Shown here in pieces: positions 42,701 through 57,700 of a stretch of 64,000 nucleotides of DNA. Under the pieces are notes generated by a model that was not told where the DNA came from, did no database searches, and saw nothing but the letters and a program-made list of their open reading frames with translations. The position numbers and the translations under genes are program-made. Source of the DNA: Camelus dromedarius (lineage: Eukaryota); the NCBI RefSeq assembly GCF_036321535.1, contig NC_087445.1, positions 46,810,001 through 46,874,000 of the forward strand, in the 5' to 3' direction. The stretch's first letter is position 1; the number at the start of each line of letters is the position of its first letter.

Positions 42701-45700
42701 GTTTCCCAAAGGTCATTAGCTGCTTTCACCACCAGCTCTCTGAGCATCTGCGCTGGGGGCCTGGCCTCTTCCCAGCAGTAGCAGTGGCCCATCTGGTGAC
42801 CTATCCCTGGTCCCAGCTTTGAGGAGGAGAAGCCCTTCCCTGACTCCAGCAGGGGGTGCACTAGCACTCTGCTTTCCTGTGACTGCAGTGTCCAGGTTAT
42901 TCAGCCCTCAGCTTTCTGCCTCCCAGCCAGGGCTCCTAGGAAACCTACTTTCCCCATCAGTTGGTTCGTTTCCTGTCATCCCTCTTGGGTACATCACCAC
43001 TGCCCTGTGAGCCTCTCCAGTTCCTGGGCAGTGCTCAGCTTGCAAGGTGGCAGGTCTTCCTTGCTGACATTGAGACAGATCGTGTGGTCTAAATTGGGCA
43101 GGCTAGTCCTTGGGTGTACCCATGGCCTTTGAAGATGAGCACAGGCCCATCTAGGGCCAGTGATCTCTACCTGCATAGGACAGCTCTGCAGGGTGACTCG
43201 AGGTTGCTGTAGTTCAGTGGGGCCAACCTTGTCCCATGTTCCCTCCTCAGCAGCCTCCCTTTCCAGATGTCCTTTCTCTGTTATTTCAAATACCTCAATT
43301 TTGGAGTTACATCTCTCATCTCCAGAGGGGTAGATGGTCAGAATAAGCAAGCCTGTGGGTATTTACTACTTGGCTGGAAACTTGGCTTCAGGGTCACCCC
43401 TACCTGATGCCCCTACTCTTGTTCTGAAGCGGCTTGAGTTTCCAACCTTCTCATATGTTCTGGGGACATCTTTCTGGGCTTTGCTGGGGCTGGTCTTAAG
43501 TCTCCAGAGCTGTCAGATTCCCTAGAGCTTTGCCTGCCATTTGGGGCTCTCTTCTATCCAGCTAAGCTGCTGTGTTCTTTTCACTGCCACAGCAGTCCTG
43601 GTCCCTATGTGTTTGCCTGGTAGCTGCTTTCACCAGACTTTCCTGGCCACTGGGCTCTGCTCCTAACAACCATGATCAGGTATCTTGGCTTTTCAGCTAC
43701 AGAGGACCACTTCCTCCCAATCTGCCAACCCTGGCCTGCTCTGAATATGAGTATTCCCAGGTGGTCCGAGATTCCAGTGGCTCACCGATTGACTGCCTCA
43801 CGGGGCCTCCCTCCGGGAAGCGCCCCCGGCTGCTCCTTCTGAATCCCAGAGACCTTGCTGACTCTCCTTTCCCCTTCTCCTGGGGGCTCTTGTGGTGGTC
43901 TGCCAGCTCCTGTCCTTGCCTCTGCCACCCAAGCAGGCCCCTTGGAGCCTCACCACAGTCGCCCCTCCCTACCACTGCCCTGAGCCAGTATACAGGCAGC
44001 TCTTGTGAAGCTTCTGAGGGTTTTTACGTCTCCTGACCGCAGGGGAACAGAGAGGGGGAGAAAATAAACAAGGAAGTTTCACAGTTCCATGCTGACGCCC
44101 AAGCCCACAGGTGGAGTTCCCGCATGCTCAGTAGCCTAGGAGCCCATGCCAGCGCGCACACACGCACCACCCCTCCATCCACACCTTTGTTTTGTTAGGC
44201 ATATTAAAAGAGAACAATGGCTCCTAAGTGAAGGCAGCAGCTGTGGGGACCCTAAAAAAAGGGTCCTGGTTTTGGATTTAGACAGATCAAGGTTTGAATC
44301 CTCAGTTTGGTCTAGGTTTGAGCCTCAGTTTCCTTATCTGTAAAAAGAGGTCATTTTCCCCGAGGTCATTGTCAGGATTAAAGCAGATGATGGGGGCGGC
44401 AGGAGACCTGGTTCCTGGCTCAGAGGAGAGCATTTGTTGAGTCGGTGCTGTGTGTGGGGAGGACTGGTGTGCCTGGGGCTTTCTGGCAAAGGCCTGTCCT
44501 ACTTTGCTCCTCTCTCTTCTGCCTGCTCCCCAGGAGGCCTCTTCCTGACTGACTACTCCACCTGCTCACCCCGCAAGCTGAGTCCTTTCCGCTCCTTTGC
44601 CAGCACCGAGCTCTTCCACTTCCATGTTCCTGAAGACACATTCCTGGCCGTTTGGAACCTCATCATCTTCAAAGAGCAGGGGGGAACCTTTGGGGACCAC
44701 TGCCCAGACCAAAGTGTGACTGTGTGAGTGTCTGAGTTAACCTCCTGACCCCCACTTCCAACCCCAGGCCACTTTCCAAACTAGAATGTGACTTTATGAG
44801 TATCTAAACTGACCTTCTGACCCTGACACTTGTCCAGACTGAAGTGTGACTGAGTGAGGGCCAAGACCTCTGTCTCCCGATGATTCCTGACTGCTGTATG
44901 ACTGTATGAGTGCCTGAGCTGACCTCTTGCCTTTTATGTTCTGACTCCTGACCTGGACCCACTTCGTTGCATGCGTCAGTCTGGAGAATCCACTTGTTTT
45001 ACTGGTGATGAGTGACAGTTCTCTTTTCTCTCCCCCATTTCCTGCCCCCCACCCCATTGCCTGCTTTCCTCTTCTCTTCATTCTGGTCCTCCAGGTATTT
45101 CCGGTCCGGGGCACCCCCTGTCATCAATCCCTTGCACACACACTTCCCAGGGGACACAGCTGTGCCTGGGGTTTTCTCACTGACTCTCAGCTGGACACTG
45201 CCCAACCGCACCTCCGGCATCTTTAACATCAGCAGCCCCTTACCTGGGGACTGGTTCTTGGCTGCCCACCTTCCCCAGGCCCACGGTCACATCTCTGTCA
45301 AGGTGGGTTGATGCTGTCCAGGACAAGAGGGGCCAGAGCTGCTTCTCCATCTCTGGGCTACCTGGCAGACCAGCCTTGTGTCAGTGTGGGCAACAGCATG
45401 AAGGTGGCTGGGGTGAGGCATAGCTAGGGGTCAGCAGGTCACCTGGTAGGCCAGAGGCCGTGACCTGCAGGAGGCAGTTTGGGAACCTTAGAGGACATAG
45501 TGGGTTCAGGTAAGCTGAAGGGAAAGTCCAGAGTCAATCAGAGGCCCCAGCCCTGGGAAGTGGTGTCCCTTCCTATTGGAAGGCGCAGGGTTAGTCAAGG
45601 TGATCAGAAGCCAGCCAGGGACCAGTCAGATGCTGCGGCACAAACCCAGGACTAGTCTTTCTCTACATCTTGGTGATAGCCCTGAAGACTCTTGTAGGTT

Positions 45701-48700
45701 GCAGCCCAGTCGTTAGTCCATCTGGGAGAATACATGAGAATACATTCCTCATCTATCCTAATTTCAGTTCCCTGCGCCTTATGGAAGATGATAAGGGAAC
45801 TCTGGGGGCAGGGAAACCCTTTACTGTTAAAGGGAGATTTTGAGCAACTGGTGTCCAACCAGCTATTGCCTCTCTTTACCCCAAATATTGGCAGTGATTT
45901 CATAGAGCAGAGGTTGTTAAAGTCTGGAGTGTTACAGGGTTAAGGTCAGGCTACTTCTCCATTCTAGTTTGGAGGGAAGGAAATGCCGCAGAATTTTCCT
46001 GCCATTCCCATGTACTGGGCAGGCTAGACCACTCCGTTACAGTGAGAAGATCTAAAGGTTGCTTACTCTTGTCCTCTGGTGGGGAGGGAGGGTGTGATGA
46101 GGTGGCCATGTCAGAGTGGGATGGCCATGTATGTGGAGCCAGTGGTCAGGGCGAAGGACCCAGCATGAGCTGAGCCGGATTTAAAGAACAGGACTTGAAG
46201 AACTAGAAAATGGGTGGAGTTTGGCCATTGAGAATTGGGAGGGGCAGAAATTCCCAGTCAGGTGAAGTTTTGACCCGCATGTCTCTCTTCAGGGTGAGTT
46301 CCTTGAGGGCTCAGGCCCTGTGACTGTGTCAGACTCCCCTCTCCTCTTGCAATAGCCCAGCGTTCCAAGGTGTTATAATGCTTTTGAATGAGCTGAGATT
46401 TACACAGGGACAAGTGTACAGGCACTACTGTGGGCAGAGTTGGGAACTCAGGCTGAGGGAGCATCTCTAGGGCTTAGTGGTAGACCTGCTTTTCCTGGGA
46501 GTGATGTGCAGGAGAACTTCCTGTCCAGGCCTGGGAACTCTCTAGTGAGAACATGTTGGGAGCTCACCTGGAAATGGCTCTGGGTTCTAGGTTCTTGACT
46601 CTCATCAGAATCAAGTGTTCCTTTATTGGGAGGGATATCTTCTTAAGTCTGTGGCCAAATTCCAAAGACCTTGTTCCTGATCCCAACTCTGATCTTTGAC
46701 TTTCTTTGCGAGAAGAGAAAATCCTTCTGAAGCCGTGCTTTAGTTATCCAAAAACCTTTCTGATTGAGTGGGACCAGCCTGGTGCCTAGGCCAGGGCTAG
46801 GATCATGGGAGCTGAAGCCTGGTTAGGAGAGGTCAGATCAGGCCCATTTGCACCTAGACATAGCAGTGGGGCCTGGGGAACTGGGTACTGCAAGCTGGAG
46901 TCCTAGCCAGCAGAGATCCCTGGGGCACAGTGAGATTAGAGAGAAGAGGGCATAATTCCCTTGCCATGAGTGAACCCCCTGAGAGACATAGCTCTCCATT
47001 CAGGCCTGTTCTGGAGGTTAGGGGGCAAGGATCTTCTTTGTGATTCCTCTAAGAATTTGATTACCATTTGGAATATTCTGTGGGCCTCTAAGTATTCTTA
47101 AGTTCTCTGGTTGATTCCCTAGACTCAAGCCTGTGAGTGGATTGTCCAGAGCGCTTCTCCAGGGCTCTGACTCTCAACTTGTCTCCTCCTTGTACCATGG
47201 TTCTGACTTCCCATGGGACTTGGCCAACAAAGGAAGTGGTGTGGGTTCAGGGATATCCTTGGGTAGGGACTGAAGAGTCCTGGCAATAAGAAGGCAGCAC
47301 TGTTTCTAGGGGCCTTCTTAGCATTGGGATGAGTTCAGACCTCCCACTAGACCTTAGTCTTTGAGCACCTGCTTTGTTCCAGGCCCTGGGTTGGATGCTA
47401 GGGACACAGATAAATAAGATGTATATTAGTGAGATATTTTAGGAGGACAAAGGAGAGGTGGATACCTCCGCTCGGTAGTGTGGTGGAGAAGTGGTTTTAG
47501 GAAACTGTTAGGAAGTGAGGCCTGATGTTGAGAAAGCTGGGAAGGGCACTCCAGGTGGTAGGAGTAGCATGGGCTAAAGCTGAGAAGGGAGAACTGAACT
47601 GGTTCAGTGTGGGGCGGTTGTTGGGATGAGTGAGGGAGCTGGAGGGGTGAACAGAGGGCAGATCATAAAGGACCTAGAAGCTTGAACTTTATCCTGAGAG
47701 TGACGGGGAAGCCTTATGAGGTTGTAAAAGGGAAGTGACTTATCTGGTGCAGGCGCTTTCCTGAGCTCTGGCCCCTGTGTCTGTGTTATTCACGACTGTA
47801 TTCCTAGCGTCCAGCACAGAGCCTGGCACATTGTTGGGGCCTGGCAAATATTTGTTGCCCTTTTGCCATTTTCTCAAACTCATGTTGCCTAAAACTGATC
47901 TCATTTCTCCTCCTTTCCTTTTCTTCTTACTTCTGTCAACCCCTTCTGTCTTGACCCATGCCCTCCATCTCCTTGTGTTTCCTGTGTTGGAGCATATGTG
48001 CACCCTGTGGTGTCCAGTTGCCAGTCTGCCCTGAAGGGCTGGCCTTTGGGTTGTGGGTAACATCTGGCACCCAAATGGCTTATTAGGAGTATGTTCTCCA
48101 AGTGCCTTGGGCACAGTTCTCCTTGAGTGCTTCCTCTTACCAGCTCCAAGATTTGAAAGTAAATAAAAGCAGATAAATAATGAAAACAACAGTGAGGAAA
48201 GCAAAGAAGCCGATTGTACAGAAGAGAAGATTCGGTTGAATCCACCAGCTAGGACCAAGCGCGGCTCAGTATCTCAACTGTTGTGGTTAAAATCTGCTAG
48301 CAGTCTTCCTTCTGCTTTTCTTCCTCCTTCTAAATTATTTTATTTGTATTTCAAATAGGTAATATATGCACCTGATACAACATTCGAAAGGTACAAAAGG
48401 CATACAGTGAAAAGTAAGTTTTCCTCTTCCCTTGGTCCCCGTTTAGTCCCCACGTCCCCTTTCCAGAGGTAACTAGTAGCCAGCTGTTACCTAGTTACTC
48501 ATATTACCCATTCCGTCTTGAAACAGTTTCTCCTCTTGGCCTTTGTGACTTTACAGCACTGTCCTGGTTTTCCTCCTGCCCACCACCCACTCCTCTGTCT
48601 CCTTTCCTGGCTTCTCCTCTGCTTGATCTTACTCATGTTGTGATGCCCCAAAGCTTGGTCTTGGGAAAACTCCTTTTTATTTCTCCATTCTCTTGCTAGG

Positions 48701-51700
48701 TGTCTCCAGCACCATGGTTTTAAATACCACCTATAAGTTCATGTTTTCCAAGTATATTGAGAGGGTCCTAATTTCTTTGAGTCTCAGACTTCATATTCGA
48801 TGTCTTGCTTGACATTTCCGATTGGATGCCTAAGGCCCATCTCAGAGTTAGCAAGTACATATCCAGAGACTAATGTAAGAATCTCTTTGATTGCTAGTTC
48901 ACATCTCCCAGTCTAAGCCTCTTCTTTCTCTAATCTCAGTAAATGGCACTGCCATTCACCATTTGCTCAAGCCCGATTTAGGTGTCATACTTTATTCTCC
49001 TTTTTTCTCTTATTTCCACACAACTGATCTATAGGGAAAGTCTTGTTGACCGTACTACTAAAGCATGCACTGGGTGCACCTACTCTATTTCTGCCCTTAA
49101 CACACCTCCCCTCAGCCTTCTGCTGGACCACCACAGTAACCTCCTAAGTGGACTCCCTTCTTCCACTCTTGCCCCCTGAAGTCTGTCCAGCGATTATTTA
49201 CTTCCATGTTGATTGGTGCTGGCTGACTGTGGGCTGGGGCAGTGCTAAGCACTGAAATATTCCCACAGAGAAGGCCAAGTGTCTTTGGGCATCTTCAGTC
49301 TGCACACCTCACCCAGAGGCTCAGACTTTTCTGAAGACATCCAGCCCACCCATACTAGGACAGTCTAGGAATCAAGGACAGTCTAGGAACCAATCTAAGG
49401 CCTTCCACTCCAGCTTCTTTCAGATTGCTTCTCACTCCCCTTCTTACTTTTGGCCCTCCTGGTTTCTCAAGCTCCCTTGTTTTAGCGCTGTTCCTTTCAT
49501 GACTACGGATGTTGACTGAGTTTGGATTCTCTCACTTGGCTTCTGCCATGGCAGCTCTTGAGGATCTGACTTCTGGTGCCCTTTCTGTGGCCCCAGTACA
49601 GGGTGAAGGTCACTGCGTCTTCCCTGCTCTCCGCTGACTGAATGCTCCTATCTATAAGAAGGGAGGTATTGGATGTGCACATTATACAGTTTAAGGAAGG
49701 AGCACTTCTTAACCAGAGAGGTCCTGTCCACTATCCTTTAGTTAGGCCAACAGCAAGCAAAATGTGGAACAAAGTGTTTCTTCCCTCTGGACTGTCTAGT
49801 AAGGAAATGGGCCATTTTCTGAGTGTGAGTCCTCAGCCTTGGGGATCATTCACAGCAAGATTATTATGGTAGTGATTCCTGACCTTAGGAAGTGGGGTCA
49901 ATGAAATAACTTGTGAGAGTATTTCTGGTTTTTAGTATTTGATGCCAAATATGAGGGACATCTGCTTTGGATACCAGAGATGGAGGTCTCTGAGTAACTA
50001 GATGGGTTCAGGAGCTCTCTGAAGGGACCCTCTTTTTGATACCAGTTCTTTAACTCAATAGATATTTTCTAGCACCGAGTGTATGCCAGGTGGTGTGTTG
50101 GGCATTGGGGATGCAGTGATGCAGAAGGCAGAGGATAATGAGATGTTGCAGCATGGCATCCATCAAGGCCTCTTTCCAGCCTTGTGGAACTTTGCTAGAA
50201 GTCAGCAGACATGCCTTGGCTGGCTTGTTCCATGGCATGGAACTCAGTGGGACGTCGGAGCCTGGGATCTTTGTCCCCGAACAAGGTTAATGGTATGTCT
50301 TGGTAAGAATAACCAAGTAAGTGAACAATAGCCTCTGGTTTATTGGGCATAAGGCCATTTGTTCAGAAGATGAGAGAAGCCTAATCAGGAGCCCCTTTTC
50401 CCCTGAACTGCTAGTATCGAGGGCCCAGATTGCTGCAAAGGCTGCAGAAGAGGAGCTGGAACAATTGGGACCGTGCTCCCTGAAGATGCTGTGGCTGCCT
50501 GGGCCTGGTGGTGTCACCTGAGTAGAGGAGTGCTAGGGATTCTATCCAGAAGAGGCGCTTGGGGAGATGTGGCTGTTCTCCTCCAGTAACAGAAGAAACC
50601 CAGACTGGGGCAGAAGGAGCAGATGCATCTGGGGGCCCATGAGGCAGAGTGGTGGGAAGGGAGACAGAAGATAGGCTTTGCTTCATAAAGGTCAGAGCTG
50701 CCCCCAGCTGGGTTGATTCATTTATTCAGCAAACATTCATCTGTGAAGGGTGCACTTTACATTAGGCTCTGTGTCTGGCAGACCAGGTTTCTGTTCTCGG
50801 GTTGCTTATAGTCTGGAGATTGCCTGGGAGGTAGACTGGCTCTTTCCTGGGGGTGTTTAAGTAGAGGCTGGACAAGCACTTGGGAGGGGCAGGTGGAGAA
50901 TAAAGGAAATGAAAGATTCAGCTGGGGGAGGAGGGAGGTTTGGACTGGAGGCCTTTAAGGAGCTTTCCTATGCTCAAGGAGTGCTAGTGCTCTGCGTTCC
51001 TGAGGGTCAGGGAATGGAGTGGTTCAAAATTACCTTGAGGGTCTGTCCAGGGATACTCAGGAGGAGGGATTGGGTTGGAGGAGGGTAGGCAGGGCCTGAT
51101 TGTCAGGAGGGCCTGGTTTTGTGTCTCTAAACCTCAGCCAGTGCTGAGGGTCACAACAGATCCTGCAGACCTAGGAAGGACCCAGAGCTTAGAGAGACTG
51201 CAGTCATAGCCCCAGAAGCAGGAGGGCTGGAGGAGGTTTGTCCCTGTCCTCAGCAGGCTGTTTGCCTTGCTTTAGTGCACCTTTCTGTCTCTCCCCTCCT
51301 ATCACCCCTGCTTTTGTCTCAGGGTCTACAGGATGAGTGTCAGTACCTCCTTCAGCCGCAGCTGATTGTCCGGCGTTTGCTGGACGTTGCTGTGTTGGTG
51401 CCTGGGCGACCCTCAGAACAAACCCTCTCCCCCCACAATCGCTCAGCCCTGTACAAGTAAGTGGAATGCTCCCGTAAACCGGGCCCTTCCTGTCTTCCTT
51501 CCCTGACCTCAAAAAGGGAACAAGGTTCTTTTGGCTTCTTAGCCTGCCTGCTGTTCCTGCTCTCCCTCCAGCCAACCTGGACTGCTGGGCCACCCAGAGC
51601 CTGAGGGCTGGCCCGACCCTCCCTCCCTCTCTCCCAGGACAGAGGGGAAGACCCCCAAAAGGTCTCCTGTTCTCCTGTGTCCCTTACCTCTCCATGACCC

Positions 51701-54700
51701 CTTCTTCCCAGTGTTTCCCTCATCCTGTGTCCCTCTCACCTCTCTGTACCCTGTCTTTTCTTACCCCCAACCTCCCCTCTGCCCAGGGTCTTTGTGCCCA
51801 GCTTCACTTACAGGGTTTCAGCACAGCTGGTGTGTGTGGGGGGCCGAGGGGCATCTGCCTGCCCCCTGACACTGCGCCTACGTCCCAAGGCCCCACCCCT
51901 GCACAACTCAAGCTCTGTGGCCTGTGGAGGTACATCAGTATGCCAGCTGGAGCTGGCACTACCCCCCTGGGGGCACTGGGTCTACGTGCGTGTGGAGACA
52001 CCATCGCGGGGCCCTGGCAGGACCATCCGCTTCCAGCTGTGTGTGCGGTTGCAAGGTTAGAAGCCCCACACCTGTCCAGCCACCCAGCCTCTGTCCACAC
52101 CTGTAGCTGGGAAGGGGCAGGCATAGTGGCTGTGTTCACTGATCCTCGGCTATGTCCCTGTGACCTCCCTGACCCTACCCAGGCTCCTTCACACTCCCCA
52201 AAGCCCTCCTACATGGAGCTTCCATTCACTGGAAGGCCTTCAGATCATTTTTTGGCACCTGACTGGGGGCTAACTAAGCGACCTCATTACTCTCCTTGAT
52301 TTAATCTCTATTTCAGTGTCCTGGGGTAGGCAGGGACAGCTAGGACCTCTGGGTCATGTCCTTGCCAAAGCCCTTGCAAGTGAGTAAGAGGGTCCATCAT
52401 CTGTTTCAGCAGTGTTCTCATTGCCCTTGGGGAGGGAGAGATGACCTTGATTTCCTCAACGTGACATTCTGTTAGCTGTGAACATTAGGAAGGCCCTGGA
52501 CCCTGTCCTGTGAACTTAGATGCCAGACTCCTAGGAGACATTTGGTTATAGTTGTCACCCTCCTCACCCTTTGATAAATCCTGTCTGGCTCAGATCTTTT
52601 GTGGTGGGGCTGCAGGGCTGTGAGGGCAGCAGGCCCCAGCTCCAATTTTCTCTGCCCCACAGAGTGCCCGCAGCCCAGCCTGTCCCGTGCCCTGGTCCCT
52701 GGAGCTGCCATGAACATGCCCCAGTCACTGGGCAGCCAGTCACTGCCCCCAGAGCCGCCATCCCTCGGAGCCCCTGCTGAGGGGCCTGGGGCCACAACCC
52801 CTCCCGAGCACTGCTGGCCGGTGCGCCCGACGCTGCGCAATGAACTGGACACCTTCTCCGTCCACTTCTACATCTTCTTTGGCCCCAGCGTGGCCCTCCC
52901 CCCTGAGCGTCCAGCTGTGTTTGCCCTGAGGCTGCTGCCAGTGCTGGACAGCGGAGGTGTCCTCAGCCTGGAGCTCCAGCTCAATGCGGTACTCTTTGTG
53001 GAGAACGGGGAGGTCGCCCTGTGGTGGAACTTGAAGGAGATGGTGTCAGGGGTGAAGGGGCCCTACCTCCTCCAGGAAGCCTATCCAGGTTGCTTTCACC
53101 CAGTTTTATGGTTAGAGACCATGTATCAGCCCAATTCTGGTCAACAAATGTGCCCTGAGTATTTATTGCAAATGGGCTAGGAAGCCAGGGCAGCTCAGAA
53201 TGGTCCAGATTTTCCCAGTTTTGCAGGCCAACTTGCCACTCACTAAGGGCCTCTCTCTGTGGCAGGTGTGGATTTTTTCTTGCAGATCTCCTGTGATGGG
53301 AGTTCACCACCTCTTGAGACCATACAGTCCGTACTTAAACAGCTCTGATTGCCAGAGGTATTCTTGGCATTCTGTTGAAGTCTGCCTCCGTGGATTTTTA
53401 CCCACTGATCTTTGTTTTACCTCAGAAGCAATATCCAGTCATCTACCTCTGTCCATTTTTTTTAAATAAATAGACTTTATTTTTCAGAGAAGTTTTAGGC
53501 TTACAGAAAAACTGATGAAAGTACAGAGAGTTCCTTTCTTTCCCCGCACAGTTTCCTGTATTACTCACATCATACCTTAGTGTGGTACATTTGTTGCATC
53601 TCTATCCAATTTTAACAGCCCTTCAGATGCCTCTCAATCTCACCAAAGCTGAACCTCAGTGTCTGAGACTTCTCTTCATCCTCCGCTCTCTCCTCATACT
53701 GCTTGTCACTGTGCCTCTGAAATAAGTGATCTGGGGTGGTCTGAGCTGGGTGACAGGCAGCCTGAGATCAAGTTACCTCTTTCAGCTGCTGCCTCACACT
53801 GTGGGACTTGAGGCTTGTGGTGAACTAAGACCTCTGGGTCTTTTTCCTTTCCATCTTTTTTTCTTCAAAACAATTGTATACATTTACTTTTTAATTATAG
53901 AAGTAATAGGATCACACATGAAAGCCTTGGAAAATAGAAGAAGGCACCCTAGTGCCTTATCCACATTGCCCCCCTAGTCCTTATCCACATTGACTGCTGT
54001 ATTTAGCTAGTTGTAACCAAGGGGCATGCGCATTTTCATGCCCTGAGCCTGGTACATATAAACACTGCCAATTCCTATCTTGTGTTTTTGCAGTGCACTT
54101 TTTAACCCGAGTGGAAGAATTTATGTCCATCTTTGAGGCATTGCCTAATACTGGTTTGGGCCTTGGGTCTTCTCTGTTTTATGTAACTCACACACTTGAA
54201 AAGCTAGCCTTCTACATGACTTAGTCATTATTTTCAGCATTGAATAAGACTGGGCTAAGGGCAGAGTTTTGTGTCAGGCCACTGGCAACTGTCTTGGGTT
54301 GCCGTTGATCTAATAATTTAACTACTGTTCCCTCAGCCAGGAATCCTTTTAATTCTACTATCCCCCAGTTCTGGGGCAGGGACAGTTTTCCTGTCAGCCC
54401 ACTTGAGACCTGGTCTGTGGCTTGATGTGGTATTTTATGGGACATGGCTCAGAACTTTCTAGTGGTCCTGCTGGTCAGGACAGAGCTGATTTCAACCCCG
54501 AGATGTTCCTTATTTGCATCTTGCTCTCTGATTCTGTTCTGGCTAAGACTATATATTTTGTGTTTGCTTATTACCATGACTTTGGTCAGTGACAGTGAAG
54601 TCTTGATTTGACCTTGAAACCATAGAGCTTATATCAGAGGCCAGCCTCATCCATACTCTCTCTTCCTCAGGATCCTGAGAGGAGCGGCCCAGCCCTCGCT

Positions 54701-57700
54701 GCCTAACCCTATCCCTCTCTGCATTCTTGTCCATTTTCTCTAAAGGGCATATGCTTACATTCCAGCCATCTGCATGCTTTGACACTTGCTGCACACCTCA
54801 GACAGCCTGTTATGTTTATTCTGAAAGGTATATTGGCACCTCTACTCTGATGTTTCCCTCCAAGTATTTTGATTTTTCCCTTGGATCAAGAATTGGACAT
54901 TTGGATCAGAAAACTGCATACCTAGAGGACATTTTTGCTTGGCTTTCACCAGAAGGGCTTATGCTGAATAATTTGGCATATTGCCCTGGGCTTGCACTGA
55001 GGGAGGTTACGAGCAAGTTGTATGAAATTCACTCTGGCAGTTAAGGATAGGAGGCACTTAGTGCTTTTTTTTTTTTAAATTTATTTCTTTTTATTGAGTT
55101 ATAGTCAAGTTTACAATGTATCAATTTCTGGTGTACAACACAATTCTCCAGTCATACATGAATATACATATATTCATTTTTATATTCTATTTGCCACGAG
55201 CTACTATAAAATATTGAATATATTTCCCTGTGCTATACAGTATAAACTTATTTATATTATATGTCAGTATCTGCAATTCTCGAACTCCCAGTTTATCCCT
55301 TCCCACCCTGCTCCTTCCTGGCAACCACAAGTCTGTATTCTATGTCTGAATCTGTTTCTGTTTTATATATAAGTTCATTTGTCTTTTTTTTTTTTTTTTA
55401 GATTCCACATATGAGTGATGTCATATGGTATTTTTCTTTCTCTTTCTGGCTTATTTCACTTTGACATTCTCCAGGGATATCCATGTTGCTGCAAATGGCA
55501 TTATGTTGTCATTTTTTATGGCTGAGTATTATTCCATTGTATAAACATACCACAACTTCTTTATCTAGTCATCTGTTGATGGATATTAAGGTTGTTTCCA
55601 TGCCTTGGCTATTGTAGATAGTGCTGCTATGAACACTGGGGTGCAGGTGTCTTTTTAAATTTGGGTTCCTTCTGGGTATATGCCCAGGAGTGGGATTGCT
55701 GGGTCATACGGTAAGTCTATTTTTAGTCTTTTGAGGAATCTCCATACTGTTTTCCATAATGGCTGCACCAAACGACCCTTTCTTGACACCCTTTCCAGCA
55801 TTTATCATTTGNNNNNNNNNNNNNNNNNNNNNNNNNNNNNNNNNNNNNNNNNNNNNNNNNNNNNNNNNNNNNNNNNNNNNNNNNNNNNNNNNNNNNNNNN
55901 NNNNNNNNNNNNNNNNNNNNNNNNNNNNNNNNNNNNNNNTCATTGGAGAATTGTTTGTTTAGGTCTTCTGCCCATTTTTGGATTGGGTTGTTTGGTTTTT
56001 TTCTTATTAAATCATATGAGCTGTTCATATATTCTGGAAATTAAGCCCTTGTCAGTTTCATCTTTTGCAAATAACTTAGTGCTTCCTTGATTCAAAGTTA
56101 ACTGAGAACCACCCTTTTGGGTGCAGTGCTTCTGAGATTGATTAACTTTTATCTTGTGGACTCGCAAATCTGGTCACTCATCATGTTTCCTTCTTTGCTT
56201 TGGTTGCTTGGAAGTCAGCATCAAATATCTGGCCCATGTCTAGGGACAGACTTTGTTTTCCTATCCTGATTTGTAAATTTCCCTCATGCATTTATTTTAT
56301 CCTATTATATGTATTTAATAAGCTGCCTCAAATCCTTCTTGAATGAGGTGATCTTATAGCTTCCTGTTACCTTTATTCTTGTGGACAACCCTTTCCATTT
56401 ACTCTTGTGGATATCCGGTTTCTTTTCATCCCAGCCAGTTGCTACATTTAATCCCACAGGCATTCTGTTACTACTGTTCAGTACCTAGGATCATTTTACC
56501 TGAGGATGAGTGCATTTCTTTACATGACTCTTGCCTTCAGGCCCAGGTGAAGATCTGAAGATGATTGATAAACTGCAGTTACCTTTGTTCACAACCAGTT
56601 TCTACATCCAGCAACAGTGCCCTTCCCCTTCCCCTCAACAAATTAGACAGACTGAGAAAGAGGGTGTTCTCTCTTGCCTGGACAGAATTTAAACCATTCT
56701 GCCCAAAGAAAAGATTAAGAATTAGCCTTGCCTTCTCATCAGTCTTTGAAAGATCTCTGCTGTGGAAGATGGTGGTGTTTCCCAGTTTCTCTATTGTAAG
56801 AATGAAGGAGGTAGGGGAGCCTTCAGTGTGGTGAGCACCTGCCAGAATGGGGTGTCCAGTGACAGCCGGGAGGGGCTTCTGGGGAGGGGTTGAGAGGTGT
56901 AGGAGTTTGGAGGTGGTGGTAGGAGGACCTGGAGGGTGTGACAGCCTCATCTTTATACTTGCCCTGCCCAGAGCTCCCTGCACCAGGAAAATGTGACAGT
57001 GTTCGGATGCCTGACTCATGAGGTGCCCTTGAGCCAGGGGGATGCAGCCGTGACCTGTTCCAAAGGTGGGGTGAGGAATTAGGGAGTGGGAGGGGGCTGG
57101 AAGTTTGGGGCAAGGGGGAGGAGGGTATGGAGGAAGGATGGTTGGGCGTCTGGGAAGTAGGGGTAGGTGGATGAGGGTTCTTTAAGTCCTGACCCCACAG
57201 TGCCCCTTCCCTTCTCCCCTCAGAGTCCCTGGCCGGTTTCCTCCTCACGGTCAGTGCCACCTCCAGAGTGGCCAGNNNNNNNNNNNNNNNNNNNNNNNNN
57301 NNNNNNNNNNNNNNNNNNNNNNNNNNNNNNNNNNNNNNNNNNNNNNNNNNNNNNNNNNNNNNNNNNNNNNNNNNNNNNNNNNNNNNNNNNNNNNNNNNNN
57401 NNNNNNNNNNNNNNNNNNNNNNNNNAGGCCCCAGGTGACGGCCAGTTTGTGCGTAGGTTTGTGCGGTGCCGGAACGCGACGGCCGAGGTGCGGCTGCGCA
57501 CCTTTCTGTCCCCGTGCGTGGACGACTGCGGGCCCTACGGCCAGTGCAAGCTGCTGCGCACGCACAACTACCTGTACGCCGCCTGCGAGTGCAAGGCCGG
57601 TGAGCGGCCAGGCTGGCAAGGGAGCCCAGCTGGGGACGGGAGGGAGGCGGCAGCCTGAGTTGCTGGGTTTGGAGAGAAAGCGGGGGCAGAGTGTCCCCTG

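Noticed and set aside
49357-49389. AGGACAGTCTAGGAA repeated at an 18-bp period
   Set aside because: Only two copies; ordinary slippage duplication.
52989-53180. Read-through of TMEM8B exon 6 into the intron (63 extra codons)
   Set aside because: A normal donor GCG|GTACT is present and the extension has no recognisable motif or nearby poly(A) signal.
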